64,000 nt of DNA from positions 147,932,001-147,996,000 of the forward strand of contig NC_067402.1 of NCBI RefSeq assembly GCF_016432865.1. The letters run 5' to 3'. The notes under the pieces were generated by a model that searched no databases, was not told where the DNA came from, and was given only the letters and a program-made list of their open reading frames with translations. Below, in pieces: positions 1 through 12,946 of this stretch. The position numbers were made by a program, and so were the translations under genes. Numbering within the stretch: the first letter of the stretch is position 1; each line of letters opens with the position of its first letter. The stretch comes from Antechinus flavipes. Lineage: Eukaryota.

Positions 1-107
1 GACCTGAGTTCAAATCCTGCTTCAAATACTTAATACTTCCTAGCTATGTGATCCTGAGCAAGTCATTTAACCCCAACTGCTTTGCCAAAAAAAAGAAGAA
101 AAGAAAA
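1..107 (+). mobile_element. Marsupial CORE-SINE (WSINE1-like), truncated by the window edge, with A-rich tail
   Basis: gacctgagttcaaatcc...acttcctagctatgtgatcctgagcaagtcatttaaccccaactgc followed by an A-tail. Confidence 0.85.
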
Positions 108-939
108 TTTCAGCTTTACTCCTCTCAATCTTATTTTTTATTCTGACCATGACCTCTGGACTGTCCTCATTTTCCCCTGTCCCTTCAGTCCATCATGCCC
201 TCCTTTAGGTTCATTCTTCTCCCTTCACAGTCTTTGTTGTTTGTTGTTGAATCATTTAGTCAAGTGGTGACTCTCTGGACCATAGCACATCAATGCTGGC
301 AATGTTTTTTGTTTTTGGCAAAGATATTGTAACGGTTTGCCATTTCCTTCTCTGATGGATTAAGGCAAATAGAGCATGTCTGAGCCCTGATCTGAACTCA
401 GATTTTCCTGTCTTCAGACTCAGTGTTTTATCCATTAAGCCAAGGAGAGAAATAATTCTTAATAACCAATAATTTGGGGAGATCCAAAGTTTCCCCTTTT
501 TCTATAGTTCAAAGTTCAGTATCTTAAAGGGCATTCTCAATCTTACAAGGAGTTTAATTTGGGTTTGGGTAGGAATAAATTTTTTGATTAGATTGCCCAA
601 GGCTTGAGGTAATTTGGAAATAAATAACATAATTAAAAGTTCATTAGAATAGGTCCTCTTTATAATATTCATTCTCTCATTACTTGTTAACATAACAGAA
701 TTGATTTCCACTTTCTGGATCACCCACTTTTTCAGGTCTATGTAAGCTCTAAACCCTCTGCCATGAAGGTCTTTGGCATTTGAGAAGCCATTGAGGTCCT
801 TTATTAAGATGCTGGCATTATTAATCAAATGATTAATTACCCAGAAATTGTATCTCTTTAATTTTTTGAATTATCACACTATCTAGGTATCCAATAATTT
901 TTACCCAATAGTTAACCAGTTAACCAGTTAAAATATTTA

Positions 940-1710
940 ATGTCAGCCTTTTGAACCATTTTCCTCGTTGACCCACCACCATTTACTTCCTGACAATTTC
1001 CACTCCTTGTCACTCCCTGATAAAACTTTAGTTTAGGTCTCCTTATTCTTCATCTGAACTATACAAATAGTTCATACATTAGTTTTCCCTGATTTCAGTT
1101 GCTTTTCTTTCCAATGCACCCTTGACACAACTGAGAAAATAATCTTAAGTGTTCTGACCATGTCATTTTTCCCTGTAGGGAAAAAAAAAACCCACCAAAC
1201 AACCCCAAATCTTTAGTAGTTACCTATTGCTCCTTCTTTAAAATACCAAGTCTTTGGCTTATTGAAAGCTCTGCACAATTTAATTTCAACCTATCCTCCT
1301 AACCTTATTTCATATTACTCACTCGCTTGAATTTTATGTTTCAGTTAAACTGAAGTACTGGCTGCTATCCAACCTTGCCAATGAATTTTCTTCCATGTAT
1401 TTGAAAAAAAAAAAAAAAAACAACCTGGAATATAACCCCTCCTTATCTCTACCTCTTAGAATCCTGATTTGTATTCAAGACTTATCTTGCTGCCACCCTC
1501 TCTTGGAAGTGTTCCATCGTCCCTTAATTGTTAGGGTTTACTCCTTTCTCAATTTATGTTGCATTCACTTATCTGACCTCTTAATAGATCCTTCCAGGGG
1601 AATATAGAGTCCTTGAGAACAAGGACTGATTCACTTTTGTCTTTGTATTTCTAATGCCTAGCACTATGTCTTGTATGTAGTACATGCTTAATAAATGTTT
1701 GTAGACTTTC
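940..1710 (+). mobile_element. L2 LINE 3' fragment
   Basis: Pyrimidine-rich L2 3' region ending in the typical gcctagcac...gtagtacatgcttaataaatgtttg tail. Confidence 0.7.
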
Positions 1711-1889
1711 AATGAATTTGGCTTCTAACCACAGCACTTTAATGAAACATTTTATATCACTGATTTTGGTCTGTACTCAGTCTCATTCTGCTTAATTTCT
1801 GTGCTGTAGTTTACACTATTCACTAACTTCTTGAAACTTTCTTTTCCCTTAGTTACTATGATTCACACAATTTTGTTTTTTTCTGACCT

Positions 1890-2102
1890 CTCTTTTTTCA
1901 TTTTCTTCAATGACTTCTTTTGTCTCTCTCTCCTTCTCCGTCTCTCACTCTATTCATCTCCTCTTTTTCTCCTCTCTCCTTCTTTCTCTTTTTTCCTTCC
2001 TCCTCTCCCTCAGTTTCTCTCCTTCTCCCTGTCCCTGAAACTCTCCTTCTTCTTCTCCTTCTTCCTCTTTCTCTCTTGTCTTAGTTTCTCTCTCTCTCCC
2101 AT
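1890..2102. repeat. CT-rich low-complexity / degenerate (TC)n,(TCC)n tract
   Basis: Nearly pure pyrimidine run; explains the spurious ORFs at 1831-2106 and 2010-2201. Confidence 0.9.
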
Positions 2103-2224
2103 CTGAAGCTCTCTGCTAACTGCTAGGGATACAAAGAAAGGTAGAAAAAAACAAAAAGTCTTTTTAAGGAGATGCCATTTGCTGAAGGGGCTTATAATCA
2201 TTTGGAGGAAAAGTTTAGTGTGTC

Positions 2225-2345
2225 GGTTCTGAACATGGATTTCAGGGGGACATGAACTTGGATGGGGAAAATATATATTTTTATTTTCATTAACTTTTGA
2301 TTTCTTTTGTAATAGGTTTTATTATGTATTTAAAAGCCATAAAGT
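2225..2345 (+). mobile_element. hAT-Charlie-type DNA transposon fragment (MER113-like)
   Basis: ggatttcaggggga-catgaacttggatggggaaaa...ttttattttcattaac resembles a recalled Charlie-derived MITE 5' end. Confidence 0.45.
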
Positions 2346-3895
2346 TCATGTATATGCTAGCTACTATGCAGAGGCTGGGTAGTTTCCTTTCTTGCCATGT
2401 TGTAGACTAGATGGTCCTTGAGGTTCCTTCCAATTTTTAAATTCTCAGACTGTGGCTGAATGAAAGAGCCCAGATAATTTGCCTCTGAGTAACCAGGCCT
2501 CTATCTTAAGCTGAGATCTATGAAGGAAATCAGCATTGCCTCTGCATTTGCTTTCCTTTCGATTTGCAGCTCTACTGTGCCAAAAAATTGCCAGCACAGT
2601 GTCTAGCACTTGAGTGATGATGTGCCTCTCTTTAACTAAGGGTATCTGTGGGTTGTTGTCTTTCTGACTATAGTTTGTGTGACAGGATCGATATTTTTAG
2701 GACCTTCTCTTCCTCTGCTATCATACAGCTTCCATGGATGCTCAAAACCAAACCTTATTTTCCACTACATGACAGCTGATGTGCATGATGAAATCATTCC
2801 ATCCCCTCCACATCTGACAATTAAGGAACATAAGACACTAGGATTTAAAACTGCCTCAGAGCCAAGCCTGTGTTAATATCCTAATATCCTGGGAGAGGTG
2901 AGTGGATGTGGGGAATTATGGAATGGGAGACACCGAGAGGAAAAAAAATTCATGGAAACAGGCTGAAGCTAGTAGCTAGGTTATCTGAGAGCTGTGGTTG
3001 CCTGACTTCAAATGGAGTTTTGTTTGAGCTCAGAGGCAAGTTACTGACTACATTTTTATTTTTGCCACTGTGTCACATCCCTGCCTGGAAACAAAGTGAT
3101 TCATATTATTTTCCACAGTGCTATAGGCCCTTCCCAGGGGTCCATTTCATTTTATTTTTGTTGGAAAATAGATAAAGCTTCCTCAAAATCTGAAACGGAC
3201 CAGGCCTAAATTCAGCTAACTATAGTTGTCTCCCTATTATTAGGATTACTTATCTGCTAGGTGGCTCTTGCAGGCTTGTTCTGGGGGAATGATATTAGCA
3301 AACTCATAGAGATTGCAGAAAAAAGTTATTTTACTATTCCTGAGGCTAGGGCTACCTGTGTCTCTAAGTATGTGTTGCTGGAAAAGAGGTTGTAGGGGAA
3401 AAAAAAAACAGAGAAGGAAAAAAAAAAGGAAAACAATTTGAGAAAATCAATGAGAAAATGAATGGAGGAGTCAGTAGAGGACTATGGGAAGGAGCATACT
3501 CAAGGAAAATTGAGAAGGGACAGTAATTTCACCTTACTTAAATCATAACTTCCTCTTTAAACTTATCTTAAATTCTGTGATTATGATCCTTAATGGAGCT
3601 TCCTCATGAATGTTTCTTGTACTATAGGAGTACTTAAGAAGTAACCATGCTTATGATATTTGTTTTCTCTCTTTCCAAACTCTATTAAGTTAACACTCCA
3701 AAAGATGTGGGATTTGTTGACACAGGTATTCCCACTAACTACTGTAGAAAGAAACTTATTTATTATTCACCATAGCATGGAGGAACATCTTGAATGTTAT
3801 GTCACTATGATATGATTATTGATAGTTTAGTGCCCTGGGAAGGTTTTTAGTATGACCTCTTGCTGAAGAATGACCCAGATAATTAGGAAGAAATT

Positions 3896-4030
3896 CAGAA
3901 TAAATAGGAAATCACCAGAGATAGGAATATAAGGGTGAGGAAATAAAGAGGGACAATGGTTAAAGTTAGTGTGATTGGGATAGTAGACTTTGGATATCTA
4001 GTTAGATAAATTTTAACACATAGCATAAAG
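3896..4030 (+). repeat. Diverged local duplicate (copy 1) of 4726-4860
   Basis: Direct repeat at 830-bp offset, about 85-88% identity by eye. Confidence 0.85.
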
Positions 4031-4379
4031 TGTTGCAAAATGGTAGGAATGGGGGCAGAGAGTAAAAAAGATAGCAGTTTTTAGATTATTTGTGATAATA
4101 ATAATAAATAATAGTTTATTACAAACACTAACTTAACTATTGATACTGTAAATTATGGCTCTTTATCTACATGAAGACTACTGGAGAAACTGAATTTCCA
4201 AGGGGGTCAATTAAAAATTAATTGTTTAGAAATTTTGACTTTGGCTTTGACTTTTCAAAGCTTTTTTGAAATTCTGACTTTTGCTACTTAAAAAGAAACA
4301 AGCTCCCAATTAGCTATGGTTCCTGAACTGCTCAATGGACAATCTTAAAGAAAGTGTGGGAAAGATAATCCAACTTGAA

Positions 4380-4720
4380 AAGCACTGATTAAGAACCTTC
4401 TAGGTATAAGGCACTGGGATGAATAAAAAAGCAGGTCTTGTTTTCAAGGAGCTTACATTCTATTGGGAGAGAAAACATTTAAACAGTTCAATTAAAGATG
4501 ATTTAAGAAGGGTTATTATAAACACTGAAGAAAGTTAAAGATTCTAAGGGATGGAGATAAGAATGGAGTGCATACCTATCATGATGGATAGCCTATACAG
4601 AGGTAGAGACTGGAGAAATAGAAATAAGCCAATTTGAACAGAACTGAGGAAATATAAGGTCTGGATCAATAGACTATATCCAGTTTTAAAATGTCAAATT
4701 GAAGAGTTTGTAGCTTATCC
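4380..4720 (-). mobile_element. L2 LINE 3' fragment
   Basis: Antisense L2 tail: actgattaagaaccttctaggtataaggcactggg...caaggagcttacattctattggg. Confidence 0.65.
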
Positions 4721-6122
4721 TAGGGCAGAATAAATAGGAAATCACCAGCTATAAGAATCTAAGGGCGAAGAAAGGAGGAGGGACAATGGTTAAGGTTAGT
4801 GTGAATGGGATAGTAGACTTTGGAAATCTAATTATATAAATTCTAACACACAGCATATAAAGTTTGCTAAACCCCAAGAATATAAATAAAAGTAAACAAT
4901 ATAGAAGTTTATATACTAATAGAGGGAGGCAGCCTAAAATGATAGTTTATATTGAGCTACATCAAGAAGCTTTTATTTTAATGGGTGAATACAGTATATA
5001 TGTTGAAATCAAAGCCTGGATGAAATTTGGCTATAGCAGGATAGTGGAGTGTTGGTCTAACTATAATTAGGCAAAATTATCCTACTCACAAAGCTGGTTT
5101 TTCCTCTGATTTTGATGTAGACTAGTTGTAAAGCTGAGGTAAATGGGACTCATAAAATATTCTTTAAGTGTACATGTTCTTGGAGTCAGCTCATTTGCCT
5201 CATCCCTCATCTATATTGGAATACAGGTCTACAGCCAACCTGGATCATTTATCCTCAAGAGCTCTTGGCAGACGCCTTGCCTCTGAATGTTTGTGGCCAT
5301 ACCACAAAAAAGAGCCTGATCTCAAAAGGCAAACAAAGTTGAGTCTGATTAATACTCAGTGGCAGACTAAAAAGAGAGCCAATCCAATGTGGAGGGTAGA
5401 AAGCCAGTTTCAGAATGAGGAATAAATGGGTTTTGAGCTCCTCTTGACATAGTCTGGCCATAAGACCCTGGAGAAATCACTTAACTTCTCAATGACCAGA
5501 GCAACATTGTAAGACTCTAATGAAGGCAGAAGAGTTGTCAGTCTTCATGGGTAGAGGAAATTTTTGCCTTTACCAATTTAACAGTTTTGCCACAAAAATT
5601 ATTCTCACTTTAAATTTACTTCTGGTTAAAATGAAAAGTTGGGTGATAGATCACATATTGTACAGTGTATTGAAATGGTAGGGAAAGATATATATGGTCC
5701 TTTGAAAGACCTGAGCTTTAGCTACTTTGTATTTATGTTTGCTATAGTTTGACATGTACTTGTTTTATCCATTAGAAGGGAGCTTCTTGAGAGTAGAGAT
5801 TGTTTCATTGATCGTATTTGTAGCCTTAATGCCTGACACAGGGAGGACCTAGTACATAAAAAGGCACAATAATTACTTCATAGATTAAGAATTTGAGGTT
5901 CTCCTTAAAGAAGCTGGGGGCATCCTCATAAAGGCTATGAGAAAAAGTGATAAATGAGTGGGGTTATGAAGAATTAATGAGAATAATAGCAAGAAAGAGA
6001 CTATATTTATGCTGAATTGTTAGTTTAGGTTTTTTTTTTTTAATCACAGAGAGATCTTTGATCTCCTTAACTTTATGAGGCTGCCATAAGGAAGCAAAAA
6101 ATAATATAGGATTGGTAAGTAT

Positions 6123-6417
6123 ATCTATACTGGAATACAGGTCTACAGCCAACTTGGATCATTTATCCTCAAGAGCTCTTGGCCTATCTAGGAGCCATCT
6201 TTGTACCTATCAATCCATATGAACAGATGAGATTACCAAGAGAAGGAGGATAAAGACAAAAGAGACAGGGACGTAGACCAGCACCTTGGGGGGACACCCA
6301 TATGTCATTTGCTCCCCAAATGAACAGTGATTCTGCAGAGAAGACTGAAAAGTAGTTAGGAAGAAAGAGAAGCAAGAGAGAGAAGTATCATGTAACCCAG
6401 AGTAAAGCCAGAGTATT
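6123..6417. repeat. Composite locally templated segment: direct copy of 5209-5269 fused to an inverted copy of 7788-8016
   Basis: 61-bp direct match with 2 mismatches; ~230-bp reverse-complement match at about 93% by eye. Confidence 0.9.
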
Positions 6418-7689
6418 GGCTATCAGAAAGAATTCTATCAGGGACCTGACAACTAGAATTTGGAAAGAAAGTGAACATTTCTTGACTGACAAACATGAGA
6501 TTAAAGTGAGAATATATCTTGGACCTAATAGGATTCCATAGATGCATATTCATTGCATTTTAAAAGATATGAGATTTCTTGGTAAATGCATTCTACTTGG
6601 TGAGCTCAGCTCATCCTGAAAAAAATATAGTTGATTCAATTCTTATCAATTCACTCAGAATCCTGTTATCAATATTTTAAACTCTCCAGTACCAGAGAAC
6701 CTGCTTTAATTATCTGATCCTTATCAGTATAAACAATCTTGATTCCATTACTCAAACTGATTAGGTTGTTTTTTTCCTCAAAGCTCTAAAAGCAATAATA
6801 AATACTGTTTTAGATCCATAATCTGCTACCAAAGTACTTAGCACTTTGGTGATAAATAGCCTATAAATCATAATAAACAGAAATGGTTTCCTGGAGCATA
6901 ATCTGCTAGAAGCCAGTTTAAATAAATACTTTTAAGTAATGTTGATAAGCAGGATAATTATGCCTCAACAATTTGGAGATGTTTGAAATAAATGAACTTA
7001 AAAATTAATTTATAAAAATATAGGATTTCTTGCAGATCTTCAATTGCCTTCAATTCTACCTCTGAGTTGAATTTGACATGTCCCTGACAGATGAGTAATT
7101 AAGAGGTTATTCTTTGTTCCTTTGTCTTGGTAGAAGAATTCTGAACATAGAGCTGGGGCCTGGGATTAACTTTCTTATAAAGTAATCACCATTCTGAGAG
7201 ATGAACATTATAGTAACCCACTAAGGTTATTTTCTAGGCTGAGTGATTAATTCCTATTATTAATGTGTGAGTAAAGTTATTTAGAGAGTCATTCCAAGTA
7301 CACAAGTAACTGTTTTAATATAGCCACTAAGCTTGTACACAAAAGTTATTATTGGTAATAATAATAGTTTGTGCTTGGGGAATAGCCTTCAGCTGAAGTG
7401 CTCTGTAGATATTTTTTCATTTACCTTTTAGTCACCCTCTCGGTGACTCTGTGGGTGGTGAGTATTTTTATACACATTCAGCAAAGAAAGGTACCAAGAA
7501 GAAAAGTGATTTCTCCAACAGTCAAGTGTGGATTTGGATTTGATTCCTGACTTTTCCTTCATCCAGAAAGTACTGTTGGTTTACTCTCTGAGCCTGTTAA
7601 AGCATTACAGAAAAAGGTACTTATATGGCAAGTGTGATTTCAGAAGAATGATAGAAAGGGCTTGTGACCTCTGAATATATGCCAGGAAG

Positions 7690-9055
7690 TATACTGACTC
7701 ATTTGGCCAGGCACACTACTCCTTTTCCCAATACTCCTTCTTGACTTCTTTATAGCTTCTGACCCTAAAGACTGCTCTGTCCTCCTGAATACTCTTTATT
7801 CTGGGTTACATGATACTTCTCTCTCTTGCTTCTCTTCTTCCCTAATTACTTTTCAGTCTTCTCTGTAGAATCACTATTCATTTGGGGAGCAAATGACATA
7901 TGGGTGTCCCCCCCATGGTGCTGGTCTAGGTCCCTGTCTCTTTTGTATTTATCCTCCTTCTCTTGGTAATCTCATCTGTTCATATGGGTTGATAGCTACA
8001 GAGATGGCTCCTAGATCTCTAAATATGTAATCTTAGTCCCTCTTTGGAGTTCTAGTCCTATACCAACTGCCTATTGAATTTTCCAAAATGCATATTTCAT
8101 GGGCAACACAAACTAAACAAAGTGAAAATGACTGCATTATGTTTTCCCCAAACCCACTTCTTTTCTGAATAACCACCTTTCTGTTGAGGGTACCATCATC
8201 TTTAACATCATTAAATTTTCAATCATGGCAGCATCTTTCACTCCTTATTTTCCCTCATCCCACATATCCATTAGTTGCCAAAACTTGCTATTTCTACCTT
8301 TATATCTCTCACATCTATTCTTTCTTTTCATGCATGTAGTTGCCATCTTAGTTAAGATTCTCTTCAACTGTCATCTAGACTATTCTATATAGTTCTATAA
8401 ACTATGCTTATTTTCCTTTTCTCAAGTCTCTTCCTTCTTCTTTCTATCCTCCACTCATCTACCAAAGTCATTTTCCTAAAGTAAATAACATCCTAGAGAG
8501 AATAACATCCCCAGAATGATAACATTATCCCTGTATTCAATAAATCCAGTGGCTATTATATAGAGAGGTAACCAGATAAATTACCTCTAGGAACAAATTT
8601 AGACTCCTCTGTTTGACATTTAAAGTTCTTCACAATCTGGTACCAATCAATCCCTTCAATCTTATCTTACAGTATTCTCCTGATTCTATGGTCCATTCAT
8701 ACTTCTTATTGATTGATCCTGACTAAGACATTCCATTTTTTTTGTCTTTTTGTTTGGGTATAAACTGTCCTTCATGATCTTTCTTCCATATCTTTCTTCT
8801 TAGAATTGCTGTTTTATTTCCTTTTCAAGATCAGTTCAAATACCACCTTCTATATGAAGACTTTCTTGATTCTCCAAGTCATGTTCTAAAAAAACAAACT
8901 ACTATGTATCTATATTGCAGTTTTTGGGGATACATCTAAATATGTCCAATTTTGTTTATTCCTATAGAATAGGAATATTCCTACTCTGAGGCAGAACTCT
9001 TTTTGCCTTTGTATTTTAGCATAGTTCTTGGCACATAGTAAATAAATGCTTATTA
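7690..9055 (+). mobile_element. L2 LINE, long 3' fragment
   Basis: L2 ORF2-end/3'UTR pyrimidine-rich sequence ending ttggcacatagtaaataaatgcttatt. Confidence 0.8.
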
Positions 9056-9760
9056 TTGATATCAATTCTAAATAAGTTCAAGATGCCTTATATGGAAGAA
9101 TTACTTCATAGGAAACTGAAAAGAATACACAGATGTAATAGGTACATTATTGTTGGAAATTTTTGAAGAATTATAGAGATAAGGAAAAATAGTAAAAGAT
9201 TAAAAGTAGGTAAATTCCCGTATAATTTTCAACAAGAAGTAGGTAGATTCTGAAAACTGTAGGAAAATAAGTTTGCAGTTGATCCTAGGTACTAATTGAT
9301 ACCAATTCTAAATAAGTTCTAGATACCTGATGTGGAAGAATTAATTAAGAATTCACAGATGTAATAGGTACACTATTGTTGGAAAATTCTGAAGAATTAT
9401 AGAGATAAGGAAAAGTAGTAAAAGATTAAAAGTAGATAAATTCCCATATAATTTCCAACAAGAAGTAGGTAGATTCTGAAAACTATAGGAAAATGAATTT
9501 GCAGTTGATCCTAGGTACTAATTAATATCAATTCTAAATAAGTTCTAGATACCTGATATGGAAGAATTAATTCATAGGAAACTGAAAAGAATTCATAGAT
9601 ATAATAGGTACACTATTGATGGAAATTTTTGAAGAATTATAGATATAAGGAAAAGTAATAAAAGACTAAAAGTAGGTAAATTTCCTAATAATTTTCAACA
9701 AGAAGTAAGTAGAGTCTGAAAACTGTAGAAAAAGGAGTTTGTAGTTGATTGCAGGCACAA
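9055..9760 (+). repeat. Tandem triplication of a ~240-bp CR1 segment (units start at 9055, 9295, 9521)
   Basis: Periods of 240 and 226 bp; unit 2 lacks ~14 bp (cataggaaactgaa); about 90% identity by eye. Confidence 0.93.
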
Positions 9761-10620
9761 TTCTAGAAAGGGTCATTAGGAGATCATTCATTCTATAAAC
9801 TTGGGGAGGCAAAGAGTAATCACTACACCAATATGGACTCACTAAAATTGTCATGCTAAGCATATTTTCTTTTTTAACTGGCTAGACTATAGAGATAGCA
9901 TATTTGGATTTCAGCAAGGTATTTGACAAAGTTGTTTGCAATATCCTTGTGAACAACCTTGAGGAATATATACTAGATTTAGATGTATAGATCATAATGG
10001 CTGAATGTTCATACACAAAGAGAAATGATTCATAGAACCATATCAATTTGGAGGATACTATCTGTTTTACCACAGAGTAATGTTTTCTACCATTCTGTTT
10101 GATATTTTTATTAATGGTTCAGATGGAGACATAAATGTTCCTCTTAGCAAATTTTCAAATGGAATGAAATTTGGATGTCTCAGAATTCTACAAGATCCTG
10201 ATTTTTCATAAAAGCTAGAATGATGAACTATATAATAAACAATGATGAATTTTGAATCATAACACCTGATTTCAAATCCCATCTCTCCTATTTTCTATTA
10301 TAATGGCCTTCACTTTAAAGTCTGAGGATTCTTAATGGACTTTAAATTCAACATGAGTAAACTATGAGTGCCCAGAATGAAATGCCAAGTTCTTTATAAT
10401 TTGTACTATTAAGATGAATTCTTGAGTATTATGTTCAGTGATGGTCCTCATATTGTAAGAAGGATATTGACATTGATATTGAATATGAGACAAAACACTC
10501 ACAACTATACCAGGGCATCACTTAAAGGAACTGAAGATGTTTAGCTTGGAAGAAAGAAGTTTAAGGAATAGAAGATGCTTATATTTAATTAGTTGAAAGG
10601 TGAGAGATGATATTTTGAGT
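9055..10620 (+). mobile_element. L3/CR1 LINE ORF2 (RT) fragment, degenerate
   Basis: YLDFSKVFDKV motif at 9901-9933; upstream decayed IFERSW..G..P.DW..ANV..IFKK...D..NYR-like codons; downstream LE.CVQ.W and ELGLFSLEKRRL-like segments. Confidence 0.85.
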
Positions 10621-10724
10621 AACCCAGAATGGAGATGAATGTAATATGATATATAGTCAATGGGAATCTGGAAAACCTGAATTCAAATTCTCACTACTGA
10701 CACTTAATAGCTGTCTAATCATGG

Positions 10725-10990
10725 GCAGCTAGGTAACCCAGTAGATACAGTGCCAGGACGGGAGTCAGGAAGATTCATCTTTCTAAGTTCAAATTTGGCC
10801 TCAGACACTAGATGTGTCATGCTGGGAAAATCATTTAACTGTTTGTCTCAGTCTCTGCAACTATTAAATGAACTAGAGAAGGAAATGGAAAACTACTTCC
10901 CAATCTTTGCCAAGAATCAGACACAAATTGTTACTTAGGATCAGACACGACTAAAATGATTGAACAATCATGAGCCAGACATGACTTAAA
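10725..10990 (+). mobile_element. Mar1/MIR-family CORE-SINE
   Basis: ggcagctaggtaacccagtagatacagtgccagg...ctagagaaggaaatggaaaactac...cagacacgactaaaatgattgaacaa. Confidence 0.8.
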
Positions 10991-12129
10991 TGGCTGAACA
11001 ATCAAGGTTAAGTCCCTTAACTTCTCTGAATCTCAGTTTCCTCATCTATGAAATGGAGCTAATACCACCTGTAGAGTTACTGTGAGACTCAAATGTGAAA
11101 ATAGGTAAAATTAGAAATTTTAATGTGCTATATAAATGTCAGTGGCTGCTTTGGGCTCAGGAATTTTTTTTCTTTTTTCTGAGCAGTCTAAAAATAGAAT
11201 ATGTTGCCTCATCTCAGAGTGAGTTCACCTTCCCTGGAAGTGTTTATGCAGAGGCCAGATGGTTACTGTCAGAGATGTTTTAGAAGGATTTTGTGTACTG
11301 GGTGGGAAATTGAAGCAAATCACATCTAAAAGGTACTCCTCCCTCAACATTCTATATGCTGCCTATTCCACTTTGGGTGGTGTTCCTGCCACATTTCTTT
11401 TCAATTCCTCATTGCCTTCCTCCTTCTCACTGATTTCCCACCTCCCCACTGCCATACAGGGTTCCCTACCTCATTCTGGGCTGCTGCAGTTCTCTGCATC
11501 TATCCTGGTTGCTAAGAGGTGGTACTTTAAATGCTCTCATTTGTCATCCTGTGGCACGCCTCTCGCCCCCTCTTGAGCATCTTCCCTCAGGCTGGCATGG
11601 CAACTGTAACTTTTATCTGGATGATCTGGAGTTGGAGTATGGAAAAATTCCCTTCCCCTTCATTTTACACGATGTATAATAGTACTGTAAAAATCCTAGA
11701 AGGGTTGGAGAATAGCTATCACATTATAACACTGACCCGAGAAGGCTGGAAGTTTGTAAACTATTTTGGATCAGAAATTTCAGTTCCAAGGAATTTTCAG
11801 TGAGGAAACTCACCCTGTCAAGATAGTTCATCACTTGCCCCATGGTTTATTGCCTTATATGATTGCCTAGGGACCTCAGAGCTTAAATAACTTGCTGGGA
11901 AATCACATAGCCAACCGTATCAGAGGGAAGACTTAAATCCAGGTCATCCTAAACTGTGAAGCTGACCCATTGCATCATGTTGGCTCTTCAACATCATACT
12001 CTTTTCTACCACTATCTGATTGATAATGGCTGAAGACAGTGAGATTCAGCTATATTCTAAGAAATAAGTTACTAACTCATTAAATGCATGAGTAACTCTT
12101 TGACTAGAGCAATCATTTTGTCACTATTG

Positions 12130-12340
12130 TAATCATCTCCTCAATGGATCTGTGTTTCACCAGAATGGGTATTCTCCAGCAGTGCGTATTGTAACCCATT
12201 CATGGTATTCAGCCCTTAAAATCTAGTTTTCCCTGGATGATCCAATGTGATGAAAGGCCCTCTCTCTATCTGTTTACATGTCATGGATAACAGGGATGCC
12301 CTGGCTGTTAGTCCTCACACTCACAACATGACTAACCAAT
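12130..12340 (-). mobile_element. RTE-derived LINE 3' fragment (degenerate)
   Basis: Minus strand resembles the decayed GHV.R.RDNRW..VL.WYP..KR..GRP..RW end of marsupial RTE elements. Confidence 0.45.
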
Positions 12341-12894
12341 TTCTTTTTTTCTCCTAACCACAATTTCCTTTTTGATAGATTCTGTAAAATTCTTCTAATA
12401 GTGTTCCATTGGGTTTGTCATTGTACAATGATCTTGGAGTTAGTGTGCTACCTGTGCTAGAAGTAAAATTGCTAGGGCATCTAAAACTTGTGAAACCTTA
12501 CATTATTTGATCCCTTCCCAAGACATACTAAAATTAATTATCTTTAAATATTTGAAGGGAATTAGATTATATCTATTCTGAGTAGATTCAGAAATAAAGA
12601 CCTTTTATTTATTGCCCTTGGGGCAATCAGACATGGGGCCAAGGTGATAAGTTCAAATTCTATGTTTGACACAACAACATTTTTCTGTTGATCTATCTAT
12701 TTATATGGGAAGAGGAAGGAGTATTGATAGTCATTCCCTAATGGATTAAAAACAAGAACACTCACACCCAGTATGCTTTACTTACAGAGGGAAGAATTTA
12801 AAATTTAGACAGTTCCCAGTTATCCATTGGTAATGTCCCATTTTATATATTTGCCGTTAACAAAGAACATACATTATGTGATTCAGAGGAAGAA

Positions 12895-12946
12895 TACACA
12901 CAGACACACACAGATACACACAGACACACAGAAACACACTCACATA
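12895..12946. repeat. Imperfect (CA)n/(CACACAGA)n microsatellite
   Basis: Direct inspection. Confidence 0.9.

Noticed and set aside
9055-9760. Regularly spaced repeats as a CRISPR-like or satellite system
   Set aside because: Units are contiguous ~240-bp CR1-derived copies with no unique spacers, in a mammalian genome.
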